64,000 bases of DNA from an uncultured Clostridia bacterium (GTDB taxonomy: Bacteria; Bacillota; Clostridia; DUPQ01): assembly GCA_963766335.1 (NCBI GenBank), contig CAVXZA010000002.1:1615530-1679529 (forward strand), in the 5' to 3' direction. The notes beneath the pieces were generated by a model. It was not told the origin of the DNA, did no database searches, and saw nothing but the letters and a program-made list of their open reading frames with translations. The translations under genes and the position numbers were made by a program. Of the stretch, positions 53,965-63,303 are shown piece by piece. How positions within the stretch are numbered: position 1 is the first letter of the stretch; every line of letters begins with the position of its first letter.

Positions 53965-54305
53965 GCGCTTGTATATTCTGCAGGATTATCGGGGGTGACA
54001 TTCCTTCGGATACCATATTTGAAAATGAGAAAGTCAAGGTATTCAAGGATATTAACCCGGTGGCTCCTGTCCACCTGATAATAGTTCCGAAGGAGCATAT
54101 TGACGACATCAATGCTCTGAACGAAACAAATGCGGCTGTTATCGCTGACTGCATGCTGGCTGTAAAAGAAGCAGCTAAGCTATCGGGTTTAAGTGAAAGC
54201 GGGTACAGGGTTATAAGCAACTGTGGTGAGGATGCCGGACAATCCGTGCAGCACCTTCACTTCCACCTTATAGGCGGTGTTACAATGGGCGAAAGGATAT
54301 TATGA
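53961..54305 (+). CDS. HIT family protein (histidine triad nucleotide hydrolase)
   Basis: HLHFHLIGG histidine triad. CxxC N-terminal. Confidence 0.85.
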   Translation: MSACIFCRIIGGDIPSDTIFENEKVKVFKDINPVAPVHLIIVPKEHIDDINALNETNAAVIADCMLAVKEAAKLSGLSESGYRVISNCGEDAGQSVQHLHFHLIGGVTMGERIL

Positions 54306-55621
54306 AAAAGATATATGCCGTAATAATCGCATTGATTGTTTCGGCTCTTTTCTTTACAGGATGTGTTGGCCCTAAAAGAGGTGTTAAACGCGTCGATATC
54401 GCAACCTCATATGTAGAGGCGATTTTCAACGAGGACTTTAAATCGCTGAGTAATTTCAAACTTACGTTCCAGATGCGAATGTCATTGTTCACAAAAGCTG
54501 AATATAAGAAAGTAAAGGGCGTTTTTACTGATGCATGCGGAGAATTCGAGGGTATTGTTGACACCATCGAGACCGAAATCGGCAATTTTCGGATTATATC
54601 GGTTGTCAGTAATTTTGATAAGACATACGCAAATATAAACGTCGTTTTCGATAAAAGCAATAAGATTGCAGGCGTACACTATGTCTATAACAGGTCATAT
54701 GAATCACTTGGGGATAGAGAAGAAACTGTGGCCTTTGGTGAAGAATATCCGCTTGAGGGCAGCCTTGCTATTCCTAAAGCAGATGAACCGGTTCCGGCTG
54801 TTATAATTGTTCATGGTTCCGGACCCTCGGACAGGAATGGTTCGGTAGCCGGTAATGCCGTTTATCTAGACCTTGCCGAACAGCTGTATGACAACGGAAT
54901 TGCGTCCCTTAGATATGATAAAAGAACATATACATATTCATATCTTGCTGATGAAGGATATTTCGACGAATTAACTGTATGGGAGGAAACTATCAACGAT
55001 GTCAAGCTGGCATATGAATTTCTTGTTGGCCGGGAAGACATTGATCCTAAAAGAATATTCATAGCAGGACACAGCCTGGGAGGTTATCTGATGCCTAGGA
55101 TTGCGAATGAAATACCTGAAGCAGCTGGTTTTATATTGCTTGCCCCGTCATCTTCCCATCTTGAAGATTTGATAATCAGGCAGACGGAATATATAGCAGG
55201 TCTTGACGGGAAGATGTCTTCCCAGGAAAAGGATTTACTTGTTGAATATAATATCGTTATGGAAAGGATAAAAGAGCTTGAACCCGATTCAGGGTATGGT
55301 ATAGCGGATTTACTGGGAGCACCTGAAGAATACTGGCTGGACCTACAGGATTATGAACCGGTTGACGATATGAAGAACGAGGGTAGACCGATCCTTGTAA
55401 TACAGGGAGGCAGGGATTATCAGGTGGATATGAGCGAATATCGTTCATGGCTTGACGGACTGGCCGACATGGATAACGTGGAATTCCTTCTGTTTGACGA
55501 CCTTAATCATATGCTGGCTACGGGCACCGGGCTTTCAAACCCTGATGAATACCAGAAACTTTCACAAGTTGACAATAGGGTGGGAGATGCAATGTCAGAC
55601 TTTATATTAGGAGAATATTAA
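54302..55621 (+). CDS. Lipoprotein alpha/beta hydrolase
   Basis: Lipobox FFTGC. GHSLGG nucleophile elbow. N-terminal DUF-like domain. Confidence 0.6.
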   Translation: MKKIYAVIIALIVSALFFTGCVGPKRGVKRVDIATSYVEAIFNEDFKSLSNFKLTFQMRMSLFTKAEYKKVKGVFTDACGEFEGIVDTIETEIGNFRIISVVSNFDKTYANINVVFDKSNKIAGVHYVYNRSYESLGDREETVAFGEEYPLEGSLAIPKADEPVPAVIIVHGSGPSDRNGSVAGNAVYLDLAEQLYDNGIASLRYDKRTYTYSYLADEGYFDELTVWEETINDVKLAYEFLVGREDIDPKRIFIAGHSLGGYLMPRIANEIPEAAGFILLAPSSSHLEDLIIRQTEYIAGLDGKMSSQEKDLLVEYNIVMERIKELEPDSGYGIADLLGAPEEYWLDLQDYEPVDDMKNEGRPILVIQGGRDYQVDMSEYRSWLDGLADMDNVEFLLFDDLNHMLATGTGLSNPDEYQKLSQVDNRVGDAMSDFILGEY

Positions 55622-55622
55622 T

Positions 55623-56465
55623 ATGGCATATGATGGACATGTTCATATTAGACCCGGTAAGGCTGAACCTGATAAGCTGCTTGAGAGAATGAGTAAATGC
55701 GGTATTGAAGGCGGTTTGATAATATCTCTTGCCCCGGATGAGGGTTCGTTTGAAGACCGGCTGGAAAACCTATATGAATGGACTGAAGGACATGACGGAC
55801 TCATTCCGTTTTTCTGGATTGATCCTTTGGAGACAGGTGCCATCGGGCAAGTGAGAAGAGCTATAGACAATGGAGTTGCAGGGTTTAAGATTATATGCGG
55901 CAGGTTTTATCCTGGGAACAAACACTGCTTGGCCGTCTGCAAGATGGCCGCTGATGCAGGTAAGCCTGTCTTATTCCATTCAGGGATTCTCTGGGATGGG
56001 AAACCATCCTCGGAGTATTGCAGGCCCGTACATTTTGAAAGCCTTCTTTTGATTGAAAACCTCAGGTTTTCCCTGGCCCATATAGGCTGGCCCTGGTGTG
56101 ATGAAATGATTGCTGTATACGGTAAGTTCATTAACTTCAGGACCAGGAATCCAAAGTCAAAAACGGAAATGTTCATTGATATGACGCCGGGAACACCCCT
56201 GGTATACAGGGATGAGGTTCTAAGGAAGCTTTTCTTTACCGGGTATGATGTTGAAAGAAATGTCATATTTGGTTCGGATTGTGATGCTAACTTATACAAC
56301 ACAGAGTGGACAGCCGGTTGGATAAACACTGACAATGGTATATATTCTGCATTGAAATTGGATGATGAAGTTGTAAATGGCATATATAAAGATAATCTGG
56401 AAGCATTTATAAAAGGCACTAATATACATCGGAAATATAAGGATTTAATGCCTGCTTCCCTATAG
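55623..56465 (+). CDS. Amidohydrolase-2 family metal-dependent hydrolase (TIM barrel)
   Basis: DGHVHI N-terminal metal-binding motif, HxGxxW, C-terminal D for metal. Confidence 0.55.
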   Translation: MAYDGHVHIRPGKAEPDKLLERMSKCGIEGGLIISLAPDEGSFEDRLENLYEWTEGHDGLIPFFWIDPLETGAIGQVRRAIDNGVAGFKIICGRFYPGNKHCLAVCKMAADAGKPVLFHSGILWDGKPSSEYCRPVHFESLLLIENLRFSLAHIGWPWCDEMIAVYGKFINFRTRNPKSKTEMFIDMTPGTPLVYRDEVLRKLFFTGYDVERNVIFGSDCDANLYNTEWTAGWINTDNGIYSALKLDDEVVNGIYKDNLEAFIKGTNIHRKYKDLMPASL

Positions 56466-56497
56466 TTCCAGCGTCCTGAATCAGGTCTAAAACCCGG

Positions 56498-56526
56498 TTG
56501 ACTATTGATACCCTATCGTGTATAAT
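56498..56526 (+). promoter_or_regulatory. Sigma-A type promoter for rpsU
   Basis: TTGACT - 17 nt - TATAAT. Confidence 0.6.
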
Positions 56527-56621
56527 GTCATTCAGTATTTAGGAAACCGAGCCGAAACAGTGAGTTTATGGCCGTCCCTTTATAGAAAGAACCCTAGTAT
56601 AGAAGGGGGGGAATAAGAAAC

Positions 56622-56798
56622 ATGGCAGAAATAAGAGTTAAAGAAAATGAAAGCCTTGAAAACGCATTGAAGAGGTTCAAAAGACAATGCGCAAAAGCCG
56701 GTGTCCTCGCAGAAGTAAGAAAAAGAGAGCACTACGAAAAGCCAAGCGTAAGAAAAAAGAAGAAATCTGAAGCAGCAAGAAAGAGAAAAAGAAAATAG
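56622..56798 (+). CDS. rpsU: 30S ribosomal protein S21
   Basis: [58 protein letters not shown] (58 aa, below the ORF-track cutoff). GGGGGG ribosome-binding site. Confidence 0.9.
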   Translation: MAEIRVKENESLENALKRFKRQCAKAGVLAEVRKREHYEKPSVRKKKKSEAARKRKRK

Positions 56799-56806
56799 AA
56801 AATCAA

Positions 56807-56831
56807 AACCGGCCGAATGGCCGGTTTTTTT
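56807..56831 (+). terminator. Rho-independent terminator after rpsU
   Basis: aaccggccgaatggccggtt + ttttttt. Confidence 0.8.
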
Positions 56832-56901
56832 ATTACGCTCAAGTATCTATCGGATACTTGAATGATTTTGACAGGTTATCCGAAGGATATCCTTTCGTCG
56901 A

Positions 56902-58176
56902 TTATATAGTGATGAGGGCATCCCGCTCCGGGCCAACTGATACATAGGAAATTCTGGTGCCGGTAAGGGACTCGATTTCCTTCAGGTAGCTTCTTGCAGC
57001 GATAGGGAGTTCGTCAAATGCCCTGCATTGGGTTATGTCCTCATCCCATCCGGGTATAGTCTTGTAAACCGGTTTTGCATCATTCAAAGTACAGTTGATT
57101 GGGAAGTTTGTTGTGATTTCTCCGTTTATTTCGTAAGCGGTGCAGATTTTGAGTTCCTTCTGTCCACTGAGCACATCAAGGCAGGTAACAGTCATTTCAG
57201 TTGCACCCTGAAGAGTACATCCGTATTTCGTGGCTACGGCATCAAAATAACCGATTCTCCTCGGCCGTCCAGTCTTAGCTCCGTACTCATGGCCGATCTC
57301 ACGGATCTCATGGGCTATATCGCCGAATAATTCCGTTGTAAACGGGCCTTCGCCTACACAGGTCGAATATGCCTTTGTTATTCCTACAATTCTCTCGATG
57401 GAAGCAGGGGGAACAGGTATTGAAGCGCATGCATTTCCGCTGAGAGTTGATGATGAAGTTGTATATGGGTAAATGCCGTGAGTTATATCCCGTAAAGCGC
57501 CGAGTTGTGCTTCTGCGATAATGTTTTTGCCTTCAGCAAGTAATTTGTCTACCAGGGATTTGGTATTGATGATGTATGGTTTAATCATTTCGGCATATTT
57601 CATCAGATAGCTGTAGATTTCATCCGGGTCAACGGGGTCTGCGCCGTATCCGCCCGAGATGGTAAGGTTCGCAAATTCAACAATATCCTTTACATGCTCC
57701 TTCAAGTATTCCGGATAGAAAAATTCACCTGCTTGTATTCCCTTTTTTAGGAACTTATATCCATATGTCGGAGCAATACCGCTCATTGTAGAACCGTATT
57801 TCTTATCTTTAAGGCGTTCTTCCTCAAGTTTTTCAAGTATCTTTGCATAAGGCATTATCAGGATAGCCCTGTCCGAAATATATATGTTATCAACTTTAAG
57901 GCCATTTGATTCAACATCCTCGAGTTCCGCGATAAATGAATCCGGGCTGACTACTGAACCGCTGGCAATAATGTTTATTACTCCCGGGTAACATACACCG
58001 GACGGCAAATTATGAAATGCGAATTTACCATGTTCATTGACAACCGTATGCCCTGCATTGTCGCCTCCCTGGTACCTGATTACACAATCGGCTTTCCCGG
58101 CGAAATAATCCACCATCCTGCCTTTGCCCTCATCGCCCCAGTTAAGGCCTACTATTGATGTAACCATTAAGTCCAT
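56902..58176 (-). CDS. purA: Adenylosuccinate synthetase
   Basis: N-terminal GLNWGDEGKGRMVDY (GDEGKGK P-loop), GIAPTY, C-terminal VSVGPERD. Confidence 0.95.
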   Translation of the reverse strand: MDLMVTSIVGLNWGDEGKGRMVDYFAGKADCVIRYQGGDNAGHTVVNEHGKFAFHNLPSGVCYPGVINIIASGSVVSPDSFIAELEDVESNGLKVDNIYISDRAILIMPYAKILEKLEEERLKDKKYGSTMSGIAPTYGYKFLKKGIQAGEFFYPEYLKEHVKDIVEFANLTISGGYGADPVDPDEIYSYLMKYAEMIKPYIINTKSLVDKLLAEGKNIIAEAQLGALRDITHGIYPYTTSSSTLSGNACASIPVPPASIERIVGITKAYSTCVGEGPFTTELFGDIAHEIREIGHEYGAKTGRPRRIGYFDAVATKYGCTLQGATEMTVTCLDVLSGQKELKICTAYEINGEITTNFPINCTLNDAKPVYKTIPGWDEDITQCRAFDELPIAARSYLKEIESLTGTRISYVSVGPERDALITI

Positions 58177-58277
58177 CCTCCTTGTAATTAAAATACATAC
58201 ATATTATAATCACAGCATATACATTAGTAAAATTAATAAATTTAATAATATAGATAAGGAGAACTAATATTAATAAT

Positions 58278-59156
58278 TTGGAGCAATACAGAGTTTTTTA
58301 TACGGTTGCAACTGAGGGCGGCTTCTCAAAGGCAGCGGATAAGTTATTCATTTCGCAGTCTGCAGTAAGTCAATCCATAAAGCAGCTGGAGGTTTACAGC
58401 GGGGCCAGGCTTTTCGTAAGGCTCCGCAGGGGGATTAAGCTTACAAAAGAAGGCGAGATGCTGATGGAACATGTATCGCCGGCCCTGGAAAAAATCAAGG
58501 CTGGTGAGAAAAGACTTGCCGATATGGCCAATCTGGAATCCGGTTCGGTCACAGTAAGTTCATCAGATACATTCTGTATGTATCTCTTCCCTTCCATGCT
58601 TGAGGAATTCAGCAGGAGATATCCCGGCATAAATATGAAAATATCAAATATGACATCTTCGGAGACCAGAAAACTCCTGGATGCCGGCGAAGCTGATATC
58701 GGAATAATCAATCTTTATGGTGACAACTCAAAAGGCCTGGAAATATGGAAAGAATATATTATTAATGACTGCTTTATAACTAAGAAAGGCAGCCTTGATA
58801 TATCCGGTTTATCAGTCAGCGTAAAAGAACTGGCTGTAATGAATCACATAATGCTGGAAAAAGGGACAAGTACAAGGGCGCATATTGACAGATATTTCAG
58901 CAGTGCAGGTTGTTCTGTAGAGGCTTCGATAGAATTGGGTTCCGTGGAACTACTGCTGAAATTCGCCGCCATGGGAATGGGTGTCAGTTGCATAGCAAGG
59001 GAATTCCTTGAAAAAAGTGCTTATAGTGACATGGTTGATATTATTCAGGTTAAAACTCCTGTTAAACAAAGAAGCATTGGTGTGGTAACATTAAAAGGCG
59101 TTCCTGTTTCGAAGGCAGCTGAAGCCTTCCTTGGAATAATCATGGAGGATAAATGA
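58278..59156 (+). CDS. LysR family transcriptional regulator
   Basis: N-terminal HTH (GGFSKAADKLFISQSAVSQSIKQLE) plus substrate-binding domain. Confidence 0.8.
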   Translation: MEQYRVFYTVATEGGFSKAADKLFISQSAVSQSIKQLEVYSGARLFVRLRRGIKLTKEGEMLMEHVSPALEKIKAGEKRLADMANLESGSVTVSSSDTFCMYLFPSMLEEFSRRYPGINMKISNMTSSETRKLLDAGEADIGIINLYGDNSKGLEIWKEYIINDCFITKKGSLDISGLSVSVKELAVMNHIMLEKGTSTRAHIDRYFSSAGCSVEASIELGSVELLLKFAAMGMGVSCIAREFLEKSAYSDMVDIIQVKTPVKQRSIGVVTLKGVPVSKAAEAFLGIIMEDK

Positions 59157-59794
59157 AGATAAAAAGCGCAGAGCACGAAATAACAGCCGTTAAGCCGGCG
59201 GGGTATCCGGAGCTTGAACTACCTGAGGTAGCTTTCGCGGGTCGTTCGAATGTCGGGAAATCATCCATGATAAATTCTCTGTTAAACCGCAAAAAACTGG
59301 CTTATGTCGGTAATACACCCGGCAAAACCAGGCAGATAAACTTTTTCATAATTAATGATGAATTCAGGTTTGTAGATCTTCCGGGATACGGTTATGCAAA
59401 GGTGTCAAAAGCCGAAAAACACTCATGGAGCAAACTGGCTAACACATATCTTGAAACAAGGAAACAGTTGAAGTTAATTGTGCATCTGATAGATATACGA
59501 CACAAACCGACAGTCAAAGATAAGGATATGACAGACTGGCTGATGCAAAGCGGGATACCATACGCCGTATGTGCGGTGAAAAGCGATAAAATTTCCAGGG
59601 GAAAATACAAAAAAAATGTAACGGATATTATAAGTGTTCTTGACCTTCCCCCGGATACACCATTCGTGATATATTCATCTATGAAAAAAGAAGGAATCAA
59701 AGAACTATGGGAAGTCATAGAATATTATCTTTTTAATGACGATGATCCGGATTCTTATGAGCCGGCTATAGCCGGGGAAGGAACAAAGGAATGA
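59153..59794 (+). CDS. engB: Ribosome biogenesis GTP-binding protein YsxC/EngB
   Basis: G1 GRSNVGKSS, G3 DLPGYG, G4 KSDK. ATG overlaps LysR stop. Confidence 0.85.
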   Translation: MKIKSAEHEITAVKPAGYPELELPEVAFAGRSNVGKSSMINSLLNRKKLAYVGNTPGKTRQINFFIINDEFRFVDLPGYGYAKVSKAEKHSWSKLANTYLETRKQLKLIVHLIDIRHKPTVKDKDMTDWLMQSGIPYAVCAVKSDKISRGKYKKNVTDIISVLDLPPDTPFVIYSSMKKEGIKELWEVIEYYLFNDDDPDSYEPAIAGEGTKE

Positions 59795-59890
59795 GGAAGT
59801 AATTTCAATCCATAATAAATAATGAAAAGGATTGGGATTATTCCATGCTTATCTAACGGCAGGAATAACCCTCTGGACGGAGGGAAAAAT

Positions 59891-61444
59891 ATGCTTGCTA
59901 TACATGCAGAAAATATAATCAAATATTATGGCGACAGGCTTATCCTTGATATATCCGACATAAAGATATACACGGGTGATAAAATTGGTCTTATCGGCAC
60001 GAACGGTTGTGGAAAAACAACCCTTCTTGACGTAATCACGGGGAAAATCCAGCCCGATGAGGGAAAAGTTCATATTAACACTTCCTGGTCTTATATAACT
60101 CAATTGGGCCATATAGGAATGGAAGGCCACCTTAGCGGGGGGGAAGTAACAAAGGCGAAGGTATTTGATGCGTTTGCATCAAATCCGGGCCTTATGATTG
60201 CAGACGAACCCACTGCGAACCTTGACAGCGATGCAATAGTAATAACGGAAAACCTATTCAAACGTCTGAAGGGCTCGCTTATCATAGTATCCCATGACCG
60301 TGCATTCCTTGATGTGCTGTGCAATAGAATATTCAGGCTTGAAAACGGCAGGATAACCGAGTACCACGGCAATTACTCGTCTTATGCAAGGCAGGTTGAG
60401 CTTGATAGAATAACCAGGCAAAATGAATATGACAGGTTTGTAGCTGAAAAGGCACATCTTGAAGGTGCTGTAGCTGGTATGGCCAAAGCTGAGAAGAGGA
60501 TTAAAAAGACCCCTTCAAGAATGGGAAATTCAGAGGCGCGGCTTCACAAACGGTCTTCTACAGCAATAAAAAAGCATTTGGCTCAACACAGGAAAGGCTT
60601 TCAGACCAGACTAGAAAAGCTTGATGAAAAAGATAGGCCGAAAGATCCGTATACTCTAAAAATATATCACCAGGGTGTCAGGCTGCCTGTGTCAAGAACA
60701 GCGCTTAGCCTGAGTATTCCTATGCTGGCGGCCGGGGGAAAATACCTTATAAAAAATATTAAACTAACAATTCCTACAGGGTCAAAAACAGCTTTAACCG
60801 GTGCCAACGGGTCCGGGAAAACAACCTTGCTGAATTACATATATAAGAATAGTGAAGGGGTAAGGGTGGCTCCGGGCAGCAGGGTGGCATATTTCAGCCA
60901 AAAACTTGACAGTGTTGACGACGGACTGAGCCTTCTTGACAATGTGCTTAAAAACAGTACCATTGAGCGTGGGATTATCCGCACGGTGCTTGCTTCAATG
61001 CTTTTTACAAAAACCGACATTGATAAACCGGCCTCGATTCTAAGCGGCGGCGAAAGGGTAAAGCTTCAGCTGGCATGTTCTTTGCTTTCAGGCGCGGATT
61101 TCCTCATTCTTGATGAAGTTACAAACTACCTTGACATCAGGGCAATTGATGCGCTTGAAAAGCTGATGCAAGAATTCCCGGGCACCATACTGTATGTTTC
61201 GCATGATCGCAGGCTTGTTGAGAATACCGCGGACCGGATATATGAAATTAAAAATATGGGAATAGATGATTTTACGTATCTTAATCATATAAAAGACATG
61301 GCGGATACGGAAAGCATTCTACTTAATATGAGGCTTTCCGAACTCGCTGCTTACCTTGGGAAAGGCGATATTTCGGATGAGCAGAGGGAAAAATCACAGG
61401 CTGAATATGACGAACTTGCGGCTAAAAAAAGAAAATCCACTTAA
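59891..61444 (+). CDS. ABC-F family ATPase of the ARE (Vga/Lsa/Sal-like) type
   Basis: Two NBDs (Walker A GTNGCGKTT / GANGSGKTT, signatures LSGGE / LSGGERVKL, Walker B LMIADEPTANLD / LILDEVTNYLD, H-loops VSHDR) separated by about 95-aa basic linker. Blocks like IIVSHDRAFLDVLCNRIFRLENGRITEYHGNYSSY closely parallel Vga(A)-type proteins. GGAGGG ribosome-binding site before ATG 59891. Confidence 0.7.
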   Translation: MLAIHAENIIKYYGDRLILDISDIKIYTGDKIGLIGTNGCGKTTLLDVITGKIQPDEGKVHINTSWSYITQLGHIGMEGHLSGGEVTKAKVFDAFASNPGLMIADEPTANLDSDAIVITENLFKRLKGSLIIVSHDRAFLDVLCNRIFRLENGRITEYHGNYSSYARQVELDRITRQNEYDRFVAEKAHLEGAVAGMAKAEKRIKKTPSRMGNSEARLHKRSSTAIKKHLAQHRKGFQTRLEKLDEKDRPKDPYTLKIYHQGVRLPVSRTALSLSIPMLAAGGKYLIKNIKLTIPTGSKTALTGANGSGKTTLLNYIYKNSEGVRVAPGSRVAYFSQKLDSVDDGLSLLDNVLKNSTIERGIIRTVLASMLFTKTDIDKPASILSGGERVKLQLACSLLSGADFLILDEVTNYLDIRAIDALEKLMQEFPGTILYVSHDRRLVENTADRIYEIKNMGIDDFTYLNHIKDMADTESILLNMRLSELAAYLGKGDISDEQREKSQAEYDELAAKKRKST

Positions 61445-61510
61445 AATGTACCGTAATGATAAAGGTGATATAATTATAGTGAAATCGAATAACTTGGAGG
61501 GGGAATTCCA

Positions 61511-63292
61511 ATGAAGGAAAAGAAAACTTTCAGGGAAGTTGCCAGGGCATTCGGCCAAAGGCTTTTCAATGGTATGCGCAGGTATCCCGCGGCGATAGGG
61601 ATGGCAGCCGCCGCGTCAGTCATAGGCATTGTACTTGTGCATAATGATAATTTCAGCGATGATACCCGAAGATTGCTGATTAGCTTTGTTATGGCTCTTG
61701 TCCTTGGCTTTCTTGTGTCCATTACGATGAAGACAATACTCGAAAACGGCAATCAGGGTATGAGGATGAAGGCGTTCACATGGATAGTCCTCGGTACCGG
61801 CTCATTGCTTTATGCGATGTATCTATATACCTATCTTGAAAATATGGAGATGTTTGAGTTCATGAGGTTTGCGGCTTTCATGCTGGCGGGCTTTGTGTTA
61901 TTCATGACGGCGATTTTTAGAAAAAAAACGGAATACCAGGAGGTATTCTCAACAGTTGCTGGATGGCGGCTGGCTATCACTGTTATTTATACATTGATAA
62001 TCTGGGGTGGAATCTCGCTGATATTATTTGCAATCGACAGGCTTCTTAATGTCAATATCGAGGAAGAATTGTATATGGATACGATTATCATTGCTGCGGG
62101 CTTTTTCGCGCCGATGTTCTTTTTCGGAGGCATTCCCAAAAAAGAAGAAAAGCTTGAGCCGGACAGAATCTACAAATTCTTTAAGATATTGGTGCTTTAT
62201 GTAATCGCACCGTTGCTAAGTGCTTATACAGTTGTTTTCTATATTTATGCATTGAGAATTCTCTTTAACTGGAACTGGCCTGACGGCATAGTGGGCAATA
62301 TGGTGCTTTGGTATGCTTTAATCGGTACTGTAACTATGTATTTCCTTCACGGGATGGATAAAGGCAGCAAATGGGCGTCAATTTTCGGAAGGTGGTTCCC
62401 GAGGGTGGTTATCCTTCCCCTTGTGCTGCTGTTTATTTCCCTTGGAATCCGGATAAACGCCTACGGTTTCACAGCTACTAGGTTTTTACTTGGCGCAGCC
62501 GGGATCTGGATGCTTGGCAGCGCAATATATATGAGCATAGTTAATTATAAGAAACGTTCAACCCGGCTTATAACAGTTTCGCTTGTTGTCATTGCATTAA
62601 TAAGCGTGGTGGGTCCATGGAATGCAATTAACATAGGGAGAATAAGCCAGACTAACAGGCTTGAGAAATTATTAATTGAAAATAACCTGCTGGTCAATGG
62701 CGTCTTAATACCAAATTCAAGCCTCTCTGATAAGACAAAAGGCATGGTTTCCGATAAGCTTGACTACCTCGGAAGAGAATACAATAATAAAGGCGTGGAC
62801 TTTCTGCCTGATGGATTTGAAACAAGGGATATGAAGGAAGTTTTTGGCTTCGAGTACTTATATTATTATGATGATTATCCAAAACAGGGAGAAGGCAGGC
62901 ATATATTCATTAATGAAGAAACCGTTGACACCATAATAAATGTAAAAGGGTATGACTACATCTGGAACTCTGACGAATGGGATGAATCATCCGTGGATAC
63001 TGATATTGGTACACTAACATTTGAATTTATAAGAGATGAAGATGGCAATGTCTTTCTGATTAGTTTGGATGATGATGTTATCGTCACCAACAAAGTGGAC
63101 AAATACTTGGATCCTATAAAAGAAATCTGGGATGATAAGGGTTCCGAGATAACACTTGAGGAATTATCCTTTGTTGAGGACTCAGACAAATTGGCTTATA
63201 AAATCGTGTTCACGGGGCTGGAACTTTATCCTGAGAATAATGGATATACAGTTGGTTGGCTCAGGTTCTATGTTTTAGTTAAGCTTAAATAA
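61511..63292 (+). CDS. Hypothetical polytopic membrane protein with C-terminal soluble domain
   Basis: 593 aa. About 10 TM helices in first 400 aa. Acidic about 190-aa C-terminal domain. Confidence 0.45.
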   Translation: MKEKKTFREVARAFGQRLFNGMRRYPAAIGMAAAASVIGIVLVHNDNFSDDTRRLLISFVMALVLGFLVSITMKTILENGNQGMRMKAFTWIVLGTGSLLYAMYLYTYLENMEMFEFMRFAAFMLAGFVLFMTAIFRKKTEYQEVFSTVAGWRLAITVIYTLIIWGGISLILFAIDRLLNVNIEEELYMDTIIIAAGFFAPMFFFGGIPKKEEKLEPDRIYKFFKILVLYVIAPLLSAYTVVFYIYALRILFNWNWPDGIVGNMVLWYALIGTVTMYFLHGMDKGSKWASIFGRWFPRVVILPLVLLFISLGIRINAYGFTATRFLLGAAGIWMLGSAIYMSIVNYKKRSTRLITVSLVVIALISVVGPWNAINIGRISQTNRLEKLLIENNLLVNGVLIPNSSLSDKTKGMVSDKLDYLGREYNNKGVDFLPDGFETRDMKEVFGFEYLYYYDDYPKQGEGRHIFINEETVDTIINVKGYDYIWNSDEWDESSVDTDIGTLTFEFIRDEDGNVFLISLDDDVIVTNKVDKYLDPIKEIWDDKGSEITLEELSFVEDSDKLAYKIVFTGLELYPENNGYTVGWLRFYVLVKLK

Positions 63293-63303
63293 AGGGCGGT
63301 TCT

